From Octopus sinensis (taxonomy: Eukaryota): a DNA stretch of 64,000 nt. The DNA is taken from assembly GCF_006345805.1 (NCBI RefSeq), contig NC_043010.1, positions 9,362,001-9,426,000 of the forward strand, in the 5' to 3' direction. The translations under genes were made by a program, and so were the position numbers. Positions 25,724 to 40,105 of the stretch are shown piece by piece. Numbering within the stretch: position 1 is the stretch's first letter; each line of letters begins with the position of its first letter. Below the pieces are notes generated by a model. That model was not told the DNA's origin. It made no database searches and worked only from the letters and a program-made list of their open reading frames with translations.

Positions 25724-26575
25724 GTCCCATAACTTCATCACATCCTTGGCAGGGTGGCTAAATGGGTACTATGTCTTGCCATAGGGTAACCCATAACTAT
25801 GCAGAGCATGGTTGTCACTCTGTGAGGCATCTTCAAAATACGCATTGACCCATAGGTTCGTTAAACATCTTATTTATTATATTGTAATAAAGAATGTCCA
25901 GCATCGGAATAGTGAAGGCATGTGGCCTAGTGATTGGGGTGTTGCACTCGTGATCCTAAGATCATGGTTTCCATTCCTGGACCAGGTAGTATGTTGTGTC
26001 CTCTAACAAAACACTTCACTCAGTCCACTCAGCTGTAAATGAGTTCCTACAATAGCTGGGAGTTAACCCTAAAACAGACCAGCATTCTATTCAAGGTACT
26101 GTTGTAATCTCAGTCACTTAAATGCCTTGAAAACTGTGGAGACACATGGTTTAGTGGTGAGGATGTTGGACTCATAGCCATAAGATTGTGGTTTCATTTC
26201 CTGGACTGGGTGACACATTGTATTCTTGAGCAAAACCTTTCATTTTATTTTGCTCCAGTCCATTCAGCTGACAAAAATGAGTAATATTGTGATGGACCAG
26301 CATTCCATTGAGATGGGGAATATATATACCAGGAAATTTGGAAACTGGCCCTTTTGATTCAAGAAGGTAATTACATTACCTTGAAAACTGGGTTAACCAC
26401 TCACCTTATGAGTCCTAGGGCTTATAATAGGCCTAAGACTAAGAGCAGTGTGTTTTGGCTAAATCTGACAGTTCGCATAAAAGGAAAAGAAAAAAAACAA
26501 TATCCCATTCAAAAATGAAAAGTATTTTAAAAAACTCGAAACATATCAACTAATTTATGGCTAGGAGATAACAGT

Positions 26576-27030
26576 TTACTCAAAGCAGCCACCCTCAGCT
26601 TTCCCCAAGTGCTCAAGCCAGCTCTGGAACCTGGTGCATGTGTTCTTCACTGTGTCCTTGGGAAAATCATCCTCAAACACCTCCTTGATTTTGGCGACCA
26701 GTTTGTCCTTGGTGTTGCAGGCAGAATGGTTAATGTCTTTTTCGACTTTACCTCGTGCATAGTAATCTATGGAATTGCAATTAGGGAAATCAGAAGGTCA
26801 GAAATTGGGGCTGGCAAAGTCGTAGAAACTCTCCAACAACCACTTCTGACTCTTCTTGGAAGTACGGTAAGGCGCTAAATCATGCTGCCTCACATGTGGA
26901 CTTCCAGCAGCAACCTTCCCCAGTCAGGTTTTGACTACAATCTCCAAGAATTTCACATAACTGTGTGAACTAAGTCAGAGGCTCTGTGCAAAGATGTAGG
27001 GATGAATTCCATGGTATGGACGCAATCAGA
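26576..27030 (-). mobile_element. Tc1/mariner-superfamily transposase C-terminal relic (maT/DD37D-like)
   Basis: ...RQHDLAPYRTSKKSQKWLLESFYDFASPNF*PSDFPNCNSIDYY...NTKDKLVAKIKEVF...AEGGCFE*, matching QQDSAPxH and WPPNSPDxNPxDY. Confidence 0.75.
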
Positions 27031-28042
27031 ACGCCAGCTATGTCAGTTCCTGCTGGCCATGGCATCAGTGTCTCTGTTGCTCCTGTCTTACAGCCCTTAC
27101 AGTGTACAGATCATTGAGTAGCAGTCATGATGTAAGCATTTTGATACCTAGTGTGAATCATCATGATACAAGTAACACTTTTCCAATATTCAGGTGGGTT
27201 TCTGTTCTCTATGTCAGCCAACTTTTGCTCAACTACAACCTTAATTTTTATGCTTGCCAACACCATTAACCAATACATCAAGCTGTTCTTGAAAAAAAGG
27301 GACATAAAAGATCAAATTTAGCCTGAACACCCTGTAGGTCTAAGACATCAGAATTAGGACCAGATTATGACTGCTAATATTCTGGACAAGCTAAATTTTG
27401 ATCCTCTTAAAAATATTCTCTTAAAAACATTTTTACTCCCTTCAAAACAAGGAAGAACACCCTCATTACCATTTATAGGGCATCTAAGACAGGTGGTGAA
27501 AGAGGAAAAACTTATCCTTACACTGCTTATAACAAAGTGTACTCTATTAAAAGAAAAAAGAAGTCACATTGTAATATTTAAACAGGGAGAAATAAAAGCT
27601 ACAACGTCAGATCTGTGGAGGCATATGGCCGAGTGGTTAGAGTAGTGGACTCACGGTCAAGGAATCACAGGTTCGAATCTCAGACTATGCAATGTGTGTG
27701 TTTATGAGCAAAACACCTAAGTTCCACACGGCTCCAGCAGAAGATAATAGCAAACTTCTGCTGACTCTTTCACCACAACTTTCTCTCACTCCTTCCTCCT
27801 GCATCTAGCTGCTCACCTGTGATGGACCAGCATCCTGTTCAGGTGGAGAACCAATACGTCAATGAAACCAGGAAAAAACCAGCTCTTATGTGCCAGGCAT
27901 GGCTTGAGAGGGAACAAACAACAATAACATCAGATCTAAAGCTATTCATCTGATTGGATTTCATCCACTTTTTGTCTAACTCTTTTTTTCTTGACAAGGG
28001 TTTTAGTTGAGTTTAGGCTATAGTAGAAGACACTTACCTATT

Positions 28043-28257
28043 TCTTTACTACCCACAAGGGGCTAAACACAGAGGAGACAAACAAGGACAGACAGACAGA
28101 TTAAGTCGATTATATCGACCCCAGTGCGTAACTGGTACTTATTTAATTGACCCCGAAAGGATGAAGGGCAAAGTCGACCTCGGCGGAATTTGAACTCAGA
28201 ACGTAACGGCAGACGAAATACCGCTAAGCATTTCGCCCGGCATGCTAATGATTCTCC
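28043..28257 (-). mobile_element. SINE family B
   Basis: Full reverse copy. Confidence 0.88.
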
Positions 28258-29139
28258 CAGCACACCACCTTGCTTATTCCTTATTAAATATACCTAAGGT
28301 TTCTTGCAGTAGGATCAAGCCCCAAACCATCTTGTTTGAAAGCAAGCTTCTTAAGCATGTAGCCATATATGTGGTGCCTATTGAATGTCATACAGTGGGA
28401 GGTCTCATCCAGCTGTCTATTATATGTGTCATGTCTATGACATAAAGCATCAACTTCATTAATGGTAGTAGACAATGATTAAAAGCGAATGTTAGTAAGA
28501 ATAATAACATTTAAAGTTGGATAAAAAAAAAAGACACATGAAAATATAAAACAGAAAAAAAAAAGAAAAACTTGTTTTCCTTGGAAAAAAATTCTTTAGC
28601 AAGAAATATAAGCTGAAGAAACTAAGAACATTAATGAAAAACCGATAAAAAAAAAAAAGGGAGAAAACAGGTAACCATAGCAATGGGTGAAATGGAAAAA
28701 AAAATGAAGTAAAAGATACCAATTAAGATATATCGTCTAAATTTTCCTTAATTTGATGAGAAGAATAAATTAGAAATACAAGCAGAAAAAAAAGAATAAT
28801 AAATATAAAAATAAAAATAAAAATGTAATGTAAAATAAAGAAGGGAAAAGAAAGTACAGGGAATGAAATCCAAAATCAATCATTAAACTGAATGGCGAAC
28901 AATTAATGTGGTTCGTTGGAGAGCGAAGGACAATTGAAAGGAATTAGTGTGAAACGCTGCTTGCTAAATATTCTCTTCAGTTTCAGCACATTTGTGGCGG
29001 AAAGGTAAGGAGGAGGAAGATGGGTGGGTGGGGGGTGAAGCTAAGAGAATGATTGACCAAAAAGAAAGCAAGACGATAATGAAGAACTATAAAATATTGG
29101 GAGTAAATCACTGGGAAAAAACGGTAGACAAATTAAGTG

Positions 29140-29760
29140 GTATGGCTAAATGCTAGTGGTGGTGGAGGTGGTGGAGGTGTTGTTGTTGTTTGTTGTTGTT
29201 GTTGTTGGAGGTGGTGGTGGTGGTGGTGGTGGTGGTGGTGGTGATGGTGGTGGTGGTGATGGTGGTGGTGGTGATGGTGGTGGCGGTGGTGGTGGTGGTG
29301 GTAGTGGTGGTGGTGGTGGTGGTGGTGGTGGTGGAGGTGTTGTTGTTGTTGTTGTTGTTGTTTGTTGTTGTTGTTGCTGTTGTTAGAGGAGGAGGTGGTG
29401 GTGGTGGTGGTGGTGGTGGTAGTAGTGGTGCTGGTGGTGGAGGTGGTGTTGTTGTTGCTGTTGTTGTTAGAGGAGAAGGAAGTGGTGGTGGTGGTGGTAG
29501 TGGTGGTGGTGGTAGTGGTGCTGGTGGTGGTGGTAGTGGAGGTGGTGGAGGTGTTGTTGTTGCTGTTGTTAGAGGAGGAGGTGGTGGTGGTGGTGGTGGT
29601 AGTGGTGGTGGTGGTGGTAGTGGTGCTGGTGCTGGTGGTGGAGGTGGTGGTGGTGGTGGTGGTGGTCATGGTGTGGTGAGAAGAGTGTTTTGTAACAGCA
29701 ATGTTGATCTGCTGTTGTTACTGCTGGTGTTGTTGTTGCTGGTGTTGTTGTCATTGTTAA
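29140..29760. repeat. Compound (GGT)n/(GTT)n trinucleotide field
   Basis: Direct reading. Confidence 0.97.
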
Positions 29761-29862
29761 CCCTCAGGTAAGCTCTGACTGAAAGATCTAAGATCAAAGG
29801 CGTTCCAACCATGGCCATGTGATCTGTTCTGTAAAAGCCAAAGTGTTTCTAGGAATATTTTA

Positions 29863-30027
29863 GGTGCAGGAGTGGCTGTGTGGTAAGTAGCTTGCTTACC
29901 AGCCACGTGGTTCAGGTTTCAGTACCACTGCATGGCACCTTGGGCTAGTGTTTTCTACTATAGCCTCAGGCTGACCAAAGCCTTGTGAGTGGATTTGGTA
30001 GACGGAAACTGAAAGAAGCCCGTTGTA

Positions 30028-30092
<65 letters not shown>

Positions 30093-30322
30093 GTATGTGT
30101 GTGCATTTGTTTGTGTGTCTGTGTTTGTCCCCCCCCCCCAACATCACTTGACAACCGATGCTGGTGTGTTTACATCTCCATAACTTAGCGGTTCAGCAAA
30201 AGAGACTGATAGAATAAGTACTAGGCTTACAAAGAATAAGTCCTGGGGTCGATTTCTTCGACTAAAGGCGGTGCTCCAGCATGGCCACAGTCAAATGACT
30301 GAAACAAATAAAAGAGTAAGAG
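29863..30322 (+). mobile_element. SINE family A
   Basis: Full-length copy. Confidence 0.9.
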
Positions 30323-30909
30323 AATCCCGTCATTCATTATTCTTTGTTTTATTGTGTTTATCTTTTGTTTCTTAAGGTCATAGGATGAGATTTTAAGGAG
30401 ATTTGACAATTATTTCTAGCAGTTTGTGCGACTGCTTGGAGGTTCCTATTGCAATGATACATATTGTTGACCCCATGCCAACTACTATGGCCAACTTAGA
30501 TTTCTGATCAAAGGCATTTCAACCATGACCATCTCATCTTACAAATATGTTGGTCTGCATTATCACTGTACTCTTCTCTTTCCTAAGACAATAGTGTTAT
30601 CGGATGGAGATTTGCTGCTATTTTTAGCAGGATCAGTGATCATTTAGAGATCTCCTTTGGTGGTGGCAGTAATTTTGGCTGTTGTGGTAGTAGTGTTTGC
30701 CATCTTACTAGTTATCATTATAATAGTGGTGGTGGTGGTGGTGGTGGTAATTCTTGTTGTCTTGTCATGGTATTGGTGTGGTGCGGCTGATAGTGGTGTT
30801 GGTATTGGGGGTGGTGGTTGTGGTGGTGGTGGTGATGTCAAAATATTGGAAAAGAAAGATAAGTAATTGTTTCTTTCGATGATCTGACAATGAATGGGAA
30901 AGGTATACT

Positions 30910-31670
<761 letters not shown>

Positions 31671-32235
31671 CAGAAAAAGCCATGAAAGTATGTACAAAAA
31701 ACAGTCCAATAAAAGACAATCAATCAAATGTAAAACAAAAAAAAAAGAGAAAGTAAATTTATGCAAGTTGGGATAAATATTCTATCAATGTTGATGTGGA
31801 GTTGAATTAAAATGGTGTCTAGATGAGATAAGAGAATTGTAAAATTAATTTGTTTCATAGATTGTATGTGTATGTGTGTGTGTTTATGTTTAAATGTTTT
31901 ATGCTCATTATGTGTAAGTATTTTTTTTGTGTGTTAGAGTATGTGTGTGTGAGTGTGTTTGTGAGCGGGTATTTTTCTCATTAAACAAAGAACAAAGGTA
32001 AAAATGTTCACAGAGGAAAAAAACCAAAAAAAACAACATAAACTATATAAAAATATCTTGCTATAAAGATGGCTGTTGTGAAGATGAAAAAGAAACAGAT
32101 TTATTGGTCCTTTATCCTTTTAAAATCAGATGACAGAAGTTTTGCTTCACTAGCTACACAAATTTTTTTGTTATCTTTTTAGCCCACTTTTCTCTCATTT
32201 TCTCTTTATGTAAACCAACCCAGGAAATTTCTTCA

Positions 32236-32461
32236 TTAACCCTTTTGATACCAACATACCTAGGCCTGCCATTAGATCCATGATACAAACTTCTTGTGTT
32301 GCAACAATTAAATTAAAAATCTTCCATCAAAATTTCATGTTCGTTTATGTTCCAAACCCCAGATTATCAATGATAAAGTTATTTCACTGAATTCTTTATT
32401 GTTTTCAAAAATAATTGAAACATAGACAATGCATTTCAAAAGAAATGTGGTAACAAAAGGG
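32236..32461. mobile_element. piggyBac-type MITE
   Basis: ttaa|cccttttgatacca ... tggtaacaaaaggg; the right TSD is degenerate. Confidence 0.55.
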
Positions 32462-32489
32462 TTTCTTGCATTTTTGTTTTTATTTTCTT

Positions 32490-32700
32490 AATCCAGAATG
32501 AGAAGATCAGGGATAAAACTGGAGTGAAGGACATCATTGTGGAATACCACCATGCAAAGAGCTATGATGAGCTGGTCATGTCACAAGGTTCACAGAGGAC
32601 TGGTGGACCCATGCAATTGTCGAGTGGTATTCGTGCAAGTGGAAGAGACCACTCAGAAGACCTCCACTCAGGTGGAAAGATGATTTAAGAAAAATATTTG
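32490..32700 (+). mobile_element. RTE LINE relic
   Basis: NEKIRDKTGVKDI...AGHVTRFTEDWWTHAIVEWYSCKWKRPLRRPPLRWKDD (frameshifted), the RTE WAGH...RGRPxxRW pattern. Confidence 0.65.
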
Positions 32701-33993
32701 GAGTAGAATGGAGGAGAATGGTAAGAACATGAAAAAAGACTTTGAATAAGAAAGGTGAACCTTTAATATACTTTGACCTCCCAACATCTGCATAGATCCA
32801 CCTCCTTCAATTTTACACCTCCACTTAGCTGAGGGGGTCTCATCTAGTGTGTTACTCGGGGATCCCACAAGTGCTTGTGCCACAAAAAAAAAACACCCAG
32901 TACACTCTGTAGATTGGTTGGTGTTACAAAGGGTATCCAACCATAAAAACCATGCCAAATCAGGCACTGGAATGTTGTTCTGTCTTCTGGCTTTTCAGTT
33001 CCTGTCACACCATCCAATCTGTTCCAGTATGGATAAATGGATGTTTGACAATGATGATGGTAGTGTTCTCTGGAGAAAGGGGTATTAATCATGATCTTTG
33101 CTGGTCCCCTTGGACCAGTGAAATTGATGTCATTAATGCTCCTAGTGAAATTTTGTTAATCAAGTCCTGTGGGAAAGATGTGGACATGGGGCAATTCCAG
33201 AGAATTGGTCTGGGTGTATTGGTTGGTTTGGGAGATGTGTGGTAAGGATTGACTCAACGAGGATGAGGAAAAGGGGAGAGAGGAATTGAAAAGGAATTAC
33301 TTTTCATTTCTGAGCACAGAAGTGAAGGTGTGTGGCCTAGTGGTCAGGGCCTTGCCTTCACAATCAGAGGACGGTCAATCGGGGCCTCAATTCCAAGTCC
33401 AAGTCACATGTTATGTTTTTGGACAAAACACTTCATTTGATGTTGCTCCAGTCCATTTCTTGTCCATTTGGATGCAAATAATTTCTGGGAAGTTAACCTT
33501 GTGATGGCCCTGGTCAGTAGGTGGAGTTGCAATCTCAGTGACTTATACACCATGTAACCCAGATTAAGCTCTGACCTTATGAGTTCTAGGGCTTAAGACA
33601 GACCTATGAGAATACACACACACACACACACACAACCACAGAAAGCAAAACAAATACTGACAGGAGTATAACTTAGGGTTCACTTATGGATTAGCTTCAA
33701 AGGCCCTTTTTTGCTGAATGAAATTTAGAGCTTCATCTTGAAATCAAATTTAAATCTACCTGCAGCAAAAAGTGGATGTTTTGTTAGAATATAGAATACT
33801 GAATTATTTACCTTGAGAACACCTCTCAAATGGACACATGGTGAAAAAAAGCACTCGTACTTATATTGTTGACAGATGAGAACCACCAGAACACAATCTC
33901 ATGTGATTTCACCCTGTTTTAGACTCCTCAATAACAGATATCCAGTAGAGAAGGAAACCAAAAAATGGTGAAATCATATGATCTGGTAGTATA

Positions 33994-34155
33994 GGCATAG
34001 GAGTGGCTGTGTGGTATGTTGCTTGCTTACAAACCACATGGTTCTGGGTTCAGTCCCACTGCATGGCATCTTGGGCAAGTGTCTTCTACTATAGCCTCAG
34101 GCTGACCAAAGCCTTGTGAGTGGATTTGGTAGATGGAAACTGAAAGAAGCCCGTC

Positions 34156-34247
<92 letters not shown>

Positions 34248-34793
34248 ATATGTATGTGTGTGTATGTATATGTTTGTGTGCCTGTTTGTCCCCTCAACAT
34301 AGCTTGACAACCGATGCTGGTGTGCTTACATCCCCATAATTTAGCGGTTCAGCAAAAGAGACCGATAGAATAAGTACTAGGCTTACAAAGAATAAGTCCT
34401 GGGATCGATTTGCTTGACTGAAGCTGGTGCTCCAGCATGGCCACAGTCAACTGACTGAAACAAGTAAAGAGTATATGAGAGGTTCTCTCAAGATAAATAG
34501 CACAGATTTCTGTTTCAGCACAATATCCACATTACCGTGGAAACAAAAATTGCCTTTTGATATTAATACCACTTCTGTCATGGTTACTCTTTTACTTGTT
34601 TCAGTCATTTGACTGTGGCCATGCTGGAGCACCGCCTTTAGTCGAGCAAATCGACCCCAGGACTTATTCTTTGTAGGCCCAGTACTTATTCTATCGGTCT
34701 CTTTTGCCGAACCGCTAAGTGACGGGGACGTAAGCACACCAGCATCGGTTGTCAAGCAATGCTAGGGGGACAAACACAGACACACAAACACAT

Positions 34794-34826
<33 letters not shown>

Positions 34827-34989
34827 CATATATACAACAGGCTTCTTCCAGTTTCCATCTTCCAAATCCACTCACAAGGCATTGGTCGCCCCGGGGCTAT
34901 AGCAGAAGACACTTGCCCAAGATGCCACGCAGTGGGACTGAACCCAGAACCATGTGGTTGGTTAGCAAGCTACTTACCACACAGCCACT
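33994..34989. mobile_element. Two SINE-A copies tail-to-tail (+ 33994-34473, - 34584-34989)
   Basis: Inverted pair about 110 bp apart. Confidence 0.9.
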
Positions 34990-35945
34990 GTGGTTAATTA
35001 ATTTTTAAAGTTATATACCTCACACATATGGATTATAATTCACTCTAATGAAATAATGATGAATCAAATAGTCAAGACAAATTTAACCATTTGTAAAACA
35101 ACTTTTTGACATATACAGAACAGGTAATTTAAATAACTTAACCAAATCAAATGATAACCTAAATTTTTGTAACAAATATGCTGACATTTAATTTACTATT
35201 CATCTTTTCAGCAAAAAACTAGAAAGTAAAATTTATCATAAGATCTTAATAAAATTTGAATGAACATATTAAAACAAGGCAGCATGATACGTTAGTAAAC
35301 AGCCAAAGAGTGACTGGTAAAAAAATACATATAATGCATTTTCAAATGGTGGAAGATAAGCTTGATATCATAATCTTTGACATTTATAGCAAACCAGATC
35401 AGAAGTGGGCGAATAGAAACAACATACATTCAATAAAAATTTCTAAATTTATTATTTCTATAAATACTTGAATGAAGAATGTATAAAATTTTCTCTCAAG
35501 TCAGCAATATAAGTAGATGATTATAAAAGTAGAAAATAATTCCAGTGGATTGAAGTTTATGAAAAGATTCAACAAGATTTTTAAGCAATAACATGGCAGT
35601 TAGGAGTGAGGAAAGTTCAAAACATACTGAAATATATAGGTTTTAATTAATTTTCTACTAGTTCTTTTTATTCATTTTTATCTATCCACTTGAAAAGGAT
35701 AAAATAAGTTTTTATGGTTTTAGAGAATTCATACCGATTCATATCTTTAAACGAAGAAGAGTTTAGTTGAAGTATTCTATGAAAGACCAGTTAACATCTT
35801 ATCAACTTGAAAAAAAATTGTTAAAATCTTATTGAATTTATATTCTCTATTTAATTCATCATAGCTGTTGAAGATGTTAATAAACTAAAATATTAATGTC
35901 ATGTCATGTGTTTCATGAGAATGTCTAAGTTCATGATATTAATTC

Positions 35946-37807
35946 AAATGATCAGATCATTCTAGACTGAAAGACTTCTAGGAAAATCACACTAGCCTGT
36001 TTAAGGGTCTCTGTTTTCTAGCAGAACATTTTATCAACCTTTGCAAGTTGATGATATCTGTAAATATAAAACCATCCAAACGATCAGATCACTGAAAGAA
36101 TTCTAGGAAAATCACACTAGCCTGTTTAAGGGTCTCTGTTTTCTAGCAGAACATTTTATCAACCTTTGCAATTTGATGATATCTGTAACTATAAAACCAT
36201 CCAAATGATCAGATCACTGAAAGGATTCTAGGAAAATCACACTAGCCTGTTTAAGGGTCTCTGTTTTCTAGCAGAACATTTTATCAACCTTTGCAATTTG
36301 AAGATATCTGTAACTATAAAACCATCCAAATGATCAGATCACTGAAAGAATTCTAGGAAAATCACACTAGCCTGTTTAAGGGTCTCTGTTTTCTAACAGA
36401 ACATTTTATCAACCTTTGCAATTTGATGATATCTGTAAATATAAAACCATCCAAATGATCAGATCACTGAAAGGATTCTAGGAAAATCACCCTAGCCTGT
36501 TTAAGGGTCTCTGTTTTCTAGCAGAACATTTTATCAACCTTTGCAAGTTGATGATATCTGTAAATATAAAACCATCCAAATGATCAGATCACTGAAAGAA
36601 TTCTAGGAAAATCACACTAACCTGTTTAAGGGTCGCTGTTTTCTAGCAGAACATTTTATCAACCTTTGCAATTTGATGATATCTGTAACTATAAAACCAT
36701 CCAAATGATCAGATCACTGAAAGAATTCTAGGAAAATCACACTAGCCTGTTTAAGGGTCTCTGTTTTCTAGCAGAACATTTTATCAACCTTTGCAATTTG
36801 ATGAAATCTGTGAATATAAAACCATCCAAATGATCAGATCACTGAAAGAATTCTAGGAAAATCACACTAGCCTGTTTAAGGGTCTCTGTTTTCTAGCAGA
36901 AAATTTTATCAACCTTTGCAATTTGATGATATCTGTAACTATAAAACCATCCAAATGATCAGATCACTGAAAGAATTCTAGGAAAATCACACTAGCCTGT
37001 TTAAGGGTCTCTGTTTTCTAACAGAACATTTTATCAACCTTTGCAATTTGATGATATCTGTAAATATAAAACCATCCAAATGATCAGATCACTGAAAGGA
37101 TTCTAGGAAAATCACACTAGCCTGTTTAAGGGTCTCTGTTTTCTAGCAGAACATTTTATCAACCTTTGCAATTTGATGATATCTGTAACTATAAAACCAT
37201 CCAAATGATCAGATCACTGAAAGAATTCTAGGAAAATCACACTAGCCTGTTTAAGGGTCTCTGTTTTCTAACAGAACATTTTATCAACCTTTGCAATTTG
37301 ATGATATCTGTAAATATAAAACCATCAAATGATCAGATCACTGAAAGGATTCTAGGAAAATCACCCTAGCCTGTTTAAGGGTCTCTTTTTCTAGCAGAAC
37401 ATTTTATCAGCCTTTGCAAGTTGATGATATCTGTAATATAAAAACCATCCAAATGATCAGATCACTGAAAGAATTCTAGGAAAATCACACTAACCTGTTT
37501 AAGGGTCGCTGTTTTCTAGCAGAACATTTTATCAACCTTTGCAATTTGATGATATCTGTAACTATAAAACCATCCAAATGATCAGATCACTGAAAGAATT
37601 CTAGGAAAATCACACTAGCCTGTTTAAGGGTCTCTGTTTTCTAGCAGAACATTTTATCAACCTTTGCAATTTGATGAAATCTGTGAATATAAAACCATCC
37701 AAATGATCAGATCACTGAAAGAATTCTAGGAAAATCACACTAGCCGGTTTAAGGGTCTCTGTTTTCTAGCAGAACATTTTATCAACCTTTGCAATTTGAT
37801 GATATCT
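35946..37807. repeat. Tandem array, about 15 copies of a 125-bp unit, with higher-order structure
   Basis: The motif gatcagatc starts at 35950, 36082, 36207, 36332, 36457, 36582, 36707, 36832, 36957, 37082, 37207, 37331, 37455, 37580 and 37705; only a few substitutions per unit. Confidence 0.97.
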
Positions 37808-38011
37808 AGAATTTGCAGTATCCTACATACATCTAAAGATATAATAGTGAGAGAGTTAAGCATCATTTCAATAAGTGACTTTTTAAAGATGATATCTGTA
37901 TACTAATCTGATATATTGTGAGCATCGACCTGTAATAAATAAGGTCTGTAATCTCATGAGAAACCTTTGCTTGATTTAATAGCTGAGAGACTGAGAGAGA
38001 TATGGCGAGAG

Positions 38012-38062
<51 letters not shown>

Positions 38063-38179
38063 AGAGCAAGAAAGTGGGATAGGAAGAGAGAGACAGGGAG
38101 AGAGGAAGGGAGTCAGTTTTCATATAGAAAGACTTTGAAAAGAGAGGTACTTACTATATAAATCGAACAAAAAGAAACT

Positions 38180-38660
38180 ATGTGTATGTCTGTGTGTATG
38201 TATATACGTATACATACATACATACATACATATATGCATACATACATACATATACATACATACCTACATACCTACATACATACATACATACATACATACA
38301 TACATACATACATACATACATACATACATACATACATACATACATACCTACATACATACATACATACATACCTACATACATACATACTTACATACATACC
38401 TACATACATACATACATACATACATTCATTCATTCATACATACATACACACATACATACCTACATACATACATACATACATACATACATACATACATACA
38501 TACATTCATTCATTCATACATACATACATACATACATACATACATACCTACATACATACCTACCTACCTACATACATACATACATACATACATACATACA
38601 TACATGCATGCATGCATGCATACATACATACATACATACATACATACATACATACATACA
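38180..38660. repeat. (TACA)n microsatellite field
   Basis: Direct reading. Confidence 0.98.
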
Positions 38661-40105
38661 AATTAAGAACAACAACAAAATAATGTTTTTAGTTATGGCC
38701 AAACACAAAACAAATCAACAAACATAATCCAATCAAACTAAAAAAAAAAAAGAAACATTGATATAAGTAGGAATCTAATGTAATGGCTATGTGGTCATTC
38801 CCACCTGAGTAGCTGCAAAAGAAGAAAGTCAATCTACTTCGGTAAATATTTTACTAGAGGAAACCAATTTCAGGAAAATTACTTTACATACCAGAGTAAA
38901 TAAGGTAAATAGGATTCTACCTGAATCATTAAACTTTTCCTCTTCCTCGCAGCCAAATAATTTATTCCAATTTGTGAACTTTTTGTATTTACCATATTTG
39001 TCAATTCAGACTGCTTTCACTAGTTTTGGTGAATTCTACTGTTCCAGTGAGTTAACAAATAGGAGAGACCCTGGAAGTAAGTTCATTTGCAGTGAGGAGT
39101 GAAAAAAATCTGTCATTTCAGACTTTTTGCCTTTCATTTGAGAGCAATGTAAAAAGTAAGCAAGAGAAAGTGAGAGGGAGAGAGAGGGGAGGGGGAAGAG
39201 AGAGAGAAAGACAGAGGGAAAGAGAGGGTTGGTATTGTCACTCCTTACTAAATCTCTTCTCAAACTCTTCTACACTATTCTTTATGCCCCAATATGACTG
39301 CAGTCCAATGACTGAAACAAGTAAAAGTTAAATAATATAGACTAACTATTGTCAGCACAGATCATCAATCATTTCCTGATATTTTGGTAAAAAAAAAGAA
39401 AGAGAGAAAACAAATGGACATTTTTGCTCTTTATGACTGAAAACTTTTGTAAATTCTACAAACTCATTAATACTGACCAGAATCTGTCAGTCTTAATATT
39501 CATTTTGGTGACTGAGGAGATTGCAACGACATGAAGTGAAGGTCCTTATCCAAGGACACAACATGCCCTCCAGACCTTTTGAACGAAAGCCCAGTAGTCC
39601 AGTCACTAGCTACACTTCATTGAGATTTAGATTTTACTTTAAAAAGACGAAGTTTGAATTATTTTTCCAATATTTTAGTCAGAGAAGGAGGTGAAGTATA
39701 CAGGAACCCTTTCCAGATCTTCTGTTACTGGGAAAATCAGAGAGGAAAGACTCTGTTACTAAAATTGCACAAGGTTTTGATGTGAAGTCAAGCTATAGAT
39801 TAAGTCTACCGTCTAAGAATGACAATATGACAACTGACTGAAATTAGATCTACTTTATTCACACATTAATTTATTTTATTTCATTATCCTGCTTTACATT
39901 TTTAATATATCTTCTGATTTATTTTATTCTGTCTTAGATTATCATATTTACTGGCAAATAAGTAAATATATGTGAAAGAAACAACATTTTTTTATGAAGT
40001 TAAACTATTTTTGAAAAGTATACACTTCATAAAAATATCTCTCAGATATTTTTTTTTTAATGTTCTGCCAAATGAGGAATGTATCAAGTTTTTACTTTAT
40101 ATCGG

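Noticed and set aside
27148-27287. Possible minus-strand exon (NSLMYWLMVLAS...)
   Set aside because: The acceptor is fair but the donor is weak (TAG|GTATCA) and there is no homology; too speculative.
33060-33250. Faint PLE RT-like peptide (PKPTNTPRPIL) on minus
   Set aside because: A single weak motif; it cannot be separated from chance without a search.
35946-37807. Possible CRISPR-like or coding repeat
   Set aside because: No unique spacers, eukaryotic context, and the 125-bp unit is not a multiple of 3.
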